32,000 nucleotides of DNA from Candidatus Hadarchaeota archaeon (GTDB lineage: Archaea; Hadarchaeota; Hadarchaeia; Hadarchaeales; Hadarchaeaceae). Positions 8,656 through 14,428 of the stretch are shown piece after piece. Both the position numbers and the translations under genes were made by a program. The stretch is from assembly GCA_964514965.1 (NCBI GenBank), contig CAZETV010000001.1, positions 633,063-665,062 of the forward strand, given 5' to 3'. Under the pieces are notes generated by a model, which saw only the letters and a program-made list of their open reading frames with translations, was not told the origin of the DNA and did no database searches. Each line of letters starts with the position of its first letter. Position 1 is the first letter of the stretch.

Positions 8656-9516
8656 CTACCCGAAAATATCTCTGGCCTTTTTTATTCCCTTCCGAGCTGC
8701 CTCCAGCGGGTGTTTTGACTTCCAGAGTTCGGCTATCAACAGCCCATCGTATTTTATCGACCGCAAGGCGTTAACCACGGGTTTGAAGTCGATATCGCCA
8801 TCACCCGGCGGCAGGTGCTCATCTTCAACGCCGTGATTGTCATGCACATGTACATGGACCAGATACCCGCGTAGGGCCTCGATAGATTTGGCAATCGCAT
8901 CTCCAGTATACTTTTTTCCGACTCTTCGCTCGGCCAAATGCGCGTGCCCGATGTCGAACGTTACTTTGACACCTTCCAGACCGATTAAAAATTTTCTGAG
9001 CTCTTCAACGGTCGACGGGTAGAAAAACGATTGCCCTGTAGCGTTTTCTATCGTCAAAGTCACGCCCCGCTCTTGCGCGTAGGGAATGCATTTATTGATA
9101 AATTCTCGGTATAGTTTTTTTGTCCTCTCGATGAACCTTATCGCATTGGGTATGGGGGACTTCCCGAAATGAACCACCACGATTTCTCCGTCTAAAGCGT
9201 GGCAGACATCTATGCTTCGCCGCGTCTGCTCCATTGTCAGCTCCCAGAGTTCGCGGTAATGACTAGCTGGGTTCAAATCCCAGAAGCTCGCGTGAACTGA
9301 AACTTGAAGCCCGTGAATGTCTAGGAGTTCCTTTATGCCAGAAAGTTTGCGGTGGTCGTAGTTGGGTGGGAAGTGGGGAACATCATAAACTATCTCAAAA
9401 CATTCGGCACCGAACTCGGCGCTCGTACCAATTGCTTTCTCAATCGAAGCGTTGACGAAAGGCATACTCGAAAGACCCACTTTCATGATATCATCTATGC
9501 ACATGGTTTTACTCAA
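8656..9516 (-). CDS. Sugar phosphate isomerase/epimerase (xylose isomerase-like TIM barrel)
   Basis: 286 aa. The motifs VSVHASFWDLN, VVHFG, FDIGHAHL and HVHDNHG...DEHLPPGDGDIDF are typical of the AP endonuclease 2/xylose isomerase-like fold. Confidence 0.8.
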   Translation of the reverse strand: MSKTMCIDDIMKVGLSSMPFVNASIEKAIGTSAEFGAECFEIVYDVPHFPPNYDHRKLSGIKELLDIHGLQVSVHASFWDLNPASHYRELWELTMEQTRRSIDVCHALDGEIVVVHFGKSPIPNAIRFIERTKKLYREFINKCIPYAQERGVTLTIENATGQSFFYPSTVEELRKFLIGLEGVKVTFDIGHAHLAERRVGKKYTGDAIAKSIEALRGYLVHVHVHDNHGVEDEHLPPGDGDIDFKPVVNALRSIKYDGLLIAELWKSKHPLEAARKGIKKARDIFG

Positions 9517-9518
9517 AT

Positions 9519-10187
9519 TTAAAGCTTGGATTTTCTCATGGTGTCAGTCGCAAGCTTATGTGCTGCGCGGAGCGGTTCAGGCAAGCGATACTTGCGTGTG
9601 GTTTTGAGAGTGATTTTAATAACGGTTTTGAGCGAGAGCTTGTGACCGATGCTCACGTAGACAGGCCTTGCATTATTCCGGGTTCTGAGTACTGCCCCAA
9701 CAATCTCGTTACCATCCTTGAGCATCGAATGTGCTCCTTTCCTTTTGGGCGGTAATGTTGCTTCACCGCATAACCTGCTTTTCGCGACACCTAGCGTGGG
9801 CTTGTTGAGAGCCACGCCAAGATGACAGGCCAAGCCTGCTCGTCTGGGGTGTGCAAGCCCTTGGGCCCCCACCATATAAACGTCTGCCTCTAGCCCATCA
9901 ACGGCCTTCAACATCCCACCGAGTTCTCGAAAAGCCAAGAAGGTTGGGATGTATGGAAACTTCAAATTCACCGCAACGGCTTTTTGTTCGAGTACCTCAA
10001 GACTTTTGTAATCGAGCACCACACAAGCAGCACAGGCAAGATTTCCCCGCGCAAAGGAAATGTCACAACCTGCGATAGTTTTAAGATTGCCGAAGCGATC
10101 CTCCTTGACAACTCGCCTTGCTATCCGTTTCTGGAGTCGAGCTAGCTCGTCGAGGTCGAATTTCGGGGGACGCAGGATTGGAAGCAT
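9519..10187 (-). CDS. nfi: Endonuclease V
   Basis: 222 aa. Motifs: IAGCDISF, FPYIPTFLAFRE, DVYMVGAQGLAHPRRAGLACHLGV, PTLGVAKSRL, PVYVSIGH. Confidence 0.9.
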   Translation of the reverse strand: MLPILRPPKFDLDELARLQKRIARRVVKEDRFGNLKTIAGCDISFARGNLACAACVVLDYKSLEVLEQKAVAVNLKFPYIPTFLAFRELGGMLKAVDGLEADVYMVGAQGLAHPRRAGLACHLGVALNKPTLGVAKSRLCGEATLPPKRKGAHSMLKDGNEIVGAVLRTRNNARPVYVSIGHKLSLKTVIKITLKTTRKYRLPEPLRAAHKLATDTMRKSKL

Positions 10188-10216
10188 TGAACCCGATATC
10201 GCTTTTACGCAGAAGC

Positions 10217-10224
10217 TATAAATT
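10217..10224 (+). promoter_or_regulatory. TATA-box-like element TATAAATT
   Basis: It is centred about 24 nt upstream of ATG 10245, the geometry of a leaderless archaeal promoter. Confidence 0.4.
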
Positions 10225-10244
10225 TCGAACGCTTAGTAAGTTCG

Positions 10245-10415
10245 ATGACCATGCGAACGAAAGGGCCTAAGTGCAAGCTTTGCGGTAAAGGCATCTCAAT
10301 CATGAGCTACGATGCCGCTTATCTCAAAGTCGTGAAGCCAGGCGAGGCGAAGGCTGGATTCGTGTGCTGGGGCTGCGCCAAGAAATTGCTAGGCGAGAAG
10401 CTTGAGGGATTTTAG
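10245..10415 (+). CDS. Small zinc-ribbon protein (56 aa), unknown function
   Basis: Not in the ORF track. The translation MTMRTKGPKCKLCGKG...FVCWGCAKKLLGEKLEGF has a CxxC...CxxC pattern. A TATA-like element lies upstream, and the gene ends 9 nt before the next gene. Confidence 0.5.
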   Translation: MTMRTKGPKCKLCGKGISIMSYDAAYLKVVKPGEAKAGFVCWGCAKKLLGEKLEGF

Positions 10416-10424
10416 GCGAGCTAC

Positions 10425-11504
10425 TTGGTGAAAGCAACCCCCAAGGACCACGCGTTGATGACCTTAGCTATTAAGCGCCGCGGTAAATTCGTTGATGCAC
10501 CGCACATTCAAGAAAAGCTCAGCCGGGATACGGGTGAAAAATTTGATGAGCGCAAGACGCGTGAGCTACTTGATGAGTTGGTAAAGAAAGGCCTACTCGA
10601 GGAGCGCGATGGCGAGTACGCAATCACCGATGTCGGACACAAATACTTCGATAAGCGGTGGCGGGAAATTGGAGCTCGGCTAAACCAAGACTACCTCAAG
10701 GTCTACCGCGCAAAGCAGTACTATCCCCATGTGGTTGACACCGTGCTTGAGTTTTGCCGTGACCGCTGGGTTTCTGTCTTTCGTCTGTTCACTGGGCGTG
10801 CGTGGCTTCAACGCAAACTCAGCCCTCGATACATCACGGTAAAAAGTCCAAAGGATGTACAACGATGGCTAGACGTGCACGGGATAGATTTTATTCCTTA
10901 TATCCACCGTATGGAGAGCGACCGTCCGGACTGGCTAGTTATCGATTTTGATGCAGGAAAAAAAGTACCTGCGGAAAGAACAAAGCAGGCCGTCGAGGCG
11001 GCACACGAAGTGCTTTCCGAGTATGCCATCGACCCAGCAATCAAGTTCTCAGGCTCTCGCGGGTTCCAAATCTGGGCGCAGTTCAAGCCGCACGAACTAC
11101 CTAAGGAGTATAAACCCAAGCAACTTCGGACCGAGCGTCGGGAGCGAAATTTCTTCAGCTTCTACGCGGATATCGTGCGGTTCATCGAGTCACATGTAGC
11201 GGGGCGCTTGCCGGGGTTGACGACGGCCGAGACGGCGAAGAAGGAGGCCCGTGTCGACAAGGTCCTGTTTGATGCGTCTATTATCAAGCCTATGGGCGAT
11301 GTGCGGGCGCCCTACAGCATGCATTACAAAACTGGGCTAATTTCAATGCCGTTGGGGTTAAAGGAGCTCAATCACTTTGAGCCCGAGCAGGCAGACCCTG
11401 AACTTGTAGTGAAGCGTTACAAGAAAAAAGGAAACGAGTTCAAGCTAGAACCTTGCAATGGCGATGAGCTTTTTGAAGAAGTTGTGAAATGGTGTGGGTG
11501 TTGA
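10425..11504 (+). CDS. Archaeo-eukaryotic primase (AEP) superfamily primase-polymerase, LigD PolDom-like, with an N-terminal winged-helix domain
   Basis: AEP motif I is WLVIDFDAG (10935-10961). Motif II is KFSGSRGFQIW (11043-11075). Motif III is DKVLFDAS...VRAPYSMHYKTG...PLGLKEL (11256-11336 onward). The N-terminal 75 aa look like a wHTH (TRELLDELVKKGLLEERDGEYAITDVG). Confidence 0.7.
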   Translation: MVKATPKDHALMTLAIKRRGKFVDAPHIQEKLSRDTGEKFDERKTRELLDELVKKGLLEERDGEYAITDVGHKYFDKRWREIGARLNQDYLKVYRAKQYYPHVVDTVLEFCRDRWVSVFRLFTGRAWLQRKLSPRYITVKSPKDVQRWLDVHGIDFIPYIHRMESDRPDWLVIDFDAGKKVPAERTKQAVEAAHEVLSEYAIDPAIKFSGSRGFQIWAQFKPHELPKEYKPKQLRTERRERNFFSFYADIVRFIESHVAGRLPGLTTAETAKKEARVDKVLFDASIIKPMGDVRAPYSMHYKTGLISMPLGLKELNHFEPEQADPELVVKRYKKKGNEFKLEPCNGDELFEEVVKWCGC

Positions 11505-12028
11505 TTGGAAATACTAAAATTAGGTCAGTGACGACCATTTTATACGTGATAATTGCAATGTATTTTTTCTTCATGATTTTGGACCGCTTGCTATCTGTGG
11601 TTTTTGGCTTCAACTTTCAACCCTACGGCTCTAACGTCCCTCCCGGCTTTACGCTGTGGGGCCATCTGGCAAATGGATCCATGGCAATATTCGGAGTTTG
11701 GGCCATGCTGAAGATATGGGAGGTCATGGGACGCAGCAAGCACTCAGTGATTTTGAAAACGGCGAATATTTTATTATTTTTGCTAATTTTCCTTTGGATC
11801 CCTTACAACAACGATGCAACTCATTTAATTTCGCATGGATGCGGGGACTTGATCCCATTGTACGCGGTAGCGAACGCTATATATGTGGTGGGCGCGGGCG
11901 TGGCAATTCTGAGACTCGCCACTTCAACCAAATGGAGATTGGCTTTGCTGGGAGGATTAGTTGCCACATTCCTGTTCATACATTTTGCTCTATACGCCCC
12001 GATGTTTCCAGAATTTCAGTGGACTTAG
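11489..12028 (+). CDS. Polytopic membrane protein (about 5 TM), unknown function; has a GCGD motif before TM4
   Basis: 179 aa with five hydrophobic segments. The start overlaps the AEP gene end by 16 nt. GCGD is at aa 117-120 (nt 11837-11848) and Asp32 lies at the end of TM1. Confidence 0.6.
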   Translation: MVWVLIGNTKIRSVTTILYVIIAMYFFFMILDRLLSVVFGFNFQPYGSNVPPGFTLWGHLANGSMAIFGVWAMLKIWEVMGRSKHSVILKTANILLFLLIFLWIPYNNDATHLISHGCGDLIPLYAVANAIYVVGAGVAILRLATSTKWRLALLGGLVATFLFIHFALYAPMFPEFQWT

Positions 12029-12051
12029 ACGCTTCGGGCTAAATTTTCCCC

Positions 12052-12059
12052 TTATAAAG
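12052..12059 (+). promoter_or_regulatory. TATA-box-like element TTATAAAG ahead of the pilin-like gene cluster
   Basis: It lies about 33 nt upstream of ATG 12089, with GGGAGAG immediately before the ATG. Confidence 0.35.
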
Positions 12060-12088
12060 AACTTCCACCCAAAGCCTCGGCGGGAGAG

Positions 12089-12475
12089 ATGGAAGAGAAA
12101 GGACAGCTCATGGGAGTGCCTATCAAGCTGGTGATGGCGCTAGTGATTGGAACCATGGCCATGGGCGTGCTGACGCAGTTCGTGGGCACGGCCGAACGAA
12201 CAGTTTTCAAAGACATGAACGTGACTTTTAGCACTTCGAGCAATCAACTGACTGTTCGGGTATATGACGCCGCGAGCGGCGATGCCCTAGGAGGAGCGAC
12301 CATCGTGGTAAAGTATCTTGGAGGTATGAAAGCCCACACTCTAGGGACGAACTCGAACCAATACACCTTCACCGTACCCATGGAGACGGAATCGTACACT
12401 GTAGTAACGGTGCGCGTAACACATAGCAGCTACATTCCGTGGGAAGGGGAAGCCGCAGTTCATAGAACAAGGTAG
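12089..12475 (+). CDS. Class III signal peptide (type IV pilin-like) protein with a beta-sandwich (CarboxypepD_reg-like) domain
   Basis: The N-terminus is MEEKG-QLMGVPIKLVMALVIGTMAMGVL. The C-terminal part LTVRVYDAASGDALGGATIVVKY...YTFTVP...YTVVTVRVTHSSY looks like a carboxypeptidase-regulatory-type fold. Confidence 0.65.
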   Translation: MEEKGQLMGVPIKLVMALVIGTMAMGVLTQFVGTAERTVFKDMNVTFSTSSNQLTVRVYDAASGDALGGATIVVKYLGGMKAHTLGTNSNQYTFTVPMETESYTVVTVRVTHSSYIPWEGEAAVHRTR

Positions 12476-12479
12476 AAGC

Positions 12480-12896
12480 ATGACGCTACACAACGCTAAG
12501 GGCGTCGAGTCCTTACCGATAGTGCTGCTACTCGGCGCCATGCTGGCTGCATCTACGTTGGGGATCGGCACCACTTGCATTGACCGGACACAAAGGCTTG
12601 ATGAACGACAGCACGCAATTAATAGCTTCAACTCATTCGTCGAGCGGGCCCGCATTATCAGCGCTGGTGGCATCGGCAGCATACAGCAGGTCGAACTTGA
12701 ACTGAACAGGGGCAAGCTCGTCTTTGATGCGAAACTCGTGCAGCTAACTTACGACGAAGAAGTACTGCGGAGCGAAATTCTACCGTTGCCCATCGTGTTA
12801 GAAGGTGGAGGCTTCAAAATCGGCGCCGGAAGCTACTCAATCAAACTCCAACGTGACGATGAATATGGATATTTTCTGGAGGTAAGGGGGCTTTAG
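12480..12896 (+). CDS. Class III signal peptide (pilin-like) protein
   Basis: The N-terminus MTLHNAKG-VESLPIVLLLGAMLAASTLGIG is a charged leader, Gly, then a hydrophobic helix. It starts 4 nt after the previous gene. Confidence 0.6.
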   Translation: MTLHNAKGVESLPIVLLLGAMLAASTLGIGTTCIDRTQRLDERQHAINSFNSFVERARIISAGGIGSIQQVELELNRGKLVFDAKLVQLTYDEEVLRSEILPLPIVLEGGGFKIGAGSYSIKLQRDDEYGYFLEVRGL

Positions 12897-12966
12897 TATA
12901 AATGAACGCGGGTTTCTAGCCGATTTTCTCGTCTGCAAAATCGGAGTCGCACTTGCTGCACTGGTT

Positions 12967-13323
12967 TTGTTCGGCGCTGTGCTCACGATGTCCTTTGGGT
13001 TCAAGTGCACTGCGGAGAGGGAGGACCTAACGATGCTTGCCAATACGATTTCAGAAGCGATTCGAGCCGTTGACAGTATGCCTGGCGAGATTGAAATGAA
13101 AAGAGTGCTACCCTCCATCACGCATCAGACCAAGGTAACAATTATCGGTGAACTCAACCAGGGGACACAAATAATCAGTATACTCGTGGAGTCACAGGAG
13201 CGAGTCGAGCGCATCCTGATGCTCAGCCAAAAAGTCAACGGAGGAGAGTTTTCAATCATCCAAGAGAGCCCGAGCACGATACGCCTGAGCAAAACGGACT
13301 GGATTCAATTGGAGTTGATTTAG
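12967..13323 (+). CDS. Pilin-like protein; the true N-terminus is probably upstream (frame open from 12886)
   Basis: The first canonical in-frame start is TTG 12967. The same frame upstream encodes (I)NERG-FLADFLVCKIGVALAALVLFGAVL, a class III-type signal. ATG 12902 is one base out of frame. Confidence 0.5.
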   Translation: MFGAVLTMSFGFKCTAEREDLTMLANTISEAIRAVDSMPGEIEMKRVLPSITHQTKVTIIGELNQGTQIISILVESQERVERILMLSQKVNGGEFSIIQESPSTIRLSKTDWIQLELI

Positions 13324-13377
13324 ACGGAGCAACTTTCAGCCGGCGAAGATTTATTCGCGACGCTCGCGGTTGTTGGC

Positions 13378-13758
13378 TTGTTCGTCCTCTTTGTCGCTGC
13401 ACTCACGCACTCCTACCACCTATACGAGGAGAGGAGGAACACCTACGAGAGCTTTGACTTAACGTTGAACATCGCTGAAGACATCAAAAATTGTGTTTTG
13501 GCTACTTCACCTGGGTCGATTGATCTAACGACCGACAAGCTTGAGAATTACTCAAAACTTCTCGTCCGAGACGGCATTGAGCTGCGAGTTGAGGTTAGAA
13601 CTCTTAGAGGGGAGGTGTTGCTAGTTTACGGCCCCGAGCAAAACCAGCTTAGGGGATATCTTCCGCCACCTTGTTCGATCAGCCTACCAGTGGCAGTCAC
13701 GCGCGACCAAGGATCAGCGCAGCTTTGCGAGTTAGTCGTGTGGGTTGAGGGGGAGTAA
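13378..13758 (+). CDS. Pilin-like or hydrophobic-N-terminus protein; the frame continues upstream to the preceding TAG (13321-13323)
   Basis: The first canonical start, TTG 13378, would truncate the hydrophobic helix. In-frame upstream codons 13324-13377 encode TEQLSAG-EDLFATLAVVG with no ATG, GTG or TTG. Confidence 0.45.
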   Translation: MFVLFVAALTHSYHLYEERRNTYESFDLTLNIAEDIKNCVLATSPGSIDLTTDKLENYSKLLVRDGIELRVEVRTLRGEVLLVYGPEQNQLRGYLPPPCSISLPVAVTRDQGSAQLCELVVWVEGE

Positions 13759-13759
13759 A

Positions 13760-14428
13760 ATGGACGAACAAGGCATTAGTTACATAGCAGACCTATTAGT
13801 CTTCGCTCTCTTGATTTCGTTCGCCAGTTTACTTTTAGTCGGGGCAAGCCCAATCGACCCTGAAATTGAGAGTACTCGATACGCCGCGAGCTTCGCGCAG
13901 AGCACTTTACTGGCGCTCCAACACTCGACAGCGGATGATTTCGGAGGATTTGAATATCACCTGGATACTCTTCTGTTTGAGCAAAACGTGCCTTTACTCA
14001 ACGAATCGGCCAAACGTGACTTATGCCATAAAACTCTCACGCAACTTTTGGTTGAAGATGCGCTTTTCAACTTGCGCATCGAAGCTGAAGGAGTTGAGCT
14101 TGAACCAATCGGACCAAGCTGGGGTATAAACAGCGAGCTTCAAAAATTTTTGAAAGAGGTGCTCGATAAACTCATCGGTGAACGTTTCGGATACCGCCTC
14201 ATCGTGAGAACTTTGCCGTTAGACCTTGACTTTGTCCGGGTTCATTTCGAGAGCGAGATTAAAAATTTAGACGAGGGCGTGCAACTGAAGCTTTGCTCAG
14301 AAACAATTGTTGCAACCCTGCCCATCTCGCAAGAAGAGCTAACCCAACGAATTCAAAAAGGGCTCAACACCAATTTGGAACTTGAACCCGACATCGGCGC
14401 TGAGATAACCTTAGAGCTGTGGTCATAA
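13760..14428 (+). CDS. Class III signal peptide (pilin-like) protein
   Basis: ATG 13760 is preceded by GAGGGGGAG. The N-terminus is MDEQG-ISYIADLLVFALLISFASLLLVG. The stop TAA overlaps the next ATG (TAATG at 14426-14430). Confidence 0.6.
   Translation: MDEQGISYIADLLVFALLISFASLLLVGASPIDPEIESTRYAASFAQSTLLALQHSTADDFGGFEYHLDTLLFEQNVPLLNESAKRDLCHKTLTQLLVEDALFNLRIEAEGVELEPIGPSWGINSELQKFLKEVLDKLIGERFGYRLIVRTLPLDLDFVRVHFESEIKNLDEGVQLKLCSETIVATLPISQEELTQRIQKGLNTNLELEPDIGAEITLELWS

Noticed and set aside
9267-9283. Perfect tRNA T-arm-like sequence CTGGG-TTCAAAT-CCCAG
   Set aside because: No complementary acceptor 5' strand or D/anticodon arms can be drawn in the roughly 70 nt upstream. It also lies inside the sugar-phosphate isomerase CDS, so I treat it as a coincidence.
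11656-12042. 128-aa alternative-frame ORF overlapping the 5-TM membrane protein gene
   Set aside because: The translation is hydrophilic and featureless, whereas the other frame gives five clean TM helices. The two cannot both plausibly be coding.
13321-13323. In-frame TAG as pyrrolysine or genome-wide TAG reassignment
   Set aside because: TAG clearly terminates many well-defined genes in this window: Brix at 1938, pfdB at 2542, sepS at 8653, trm11 at 24308 and rnz at 25221. Global recoding is therefore not supported, and no Pyl genes are visible here. Site-specific readthrough remains only a formal possibility.
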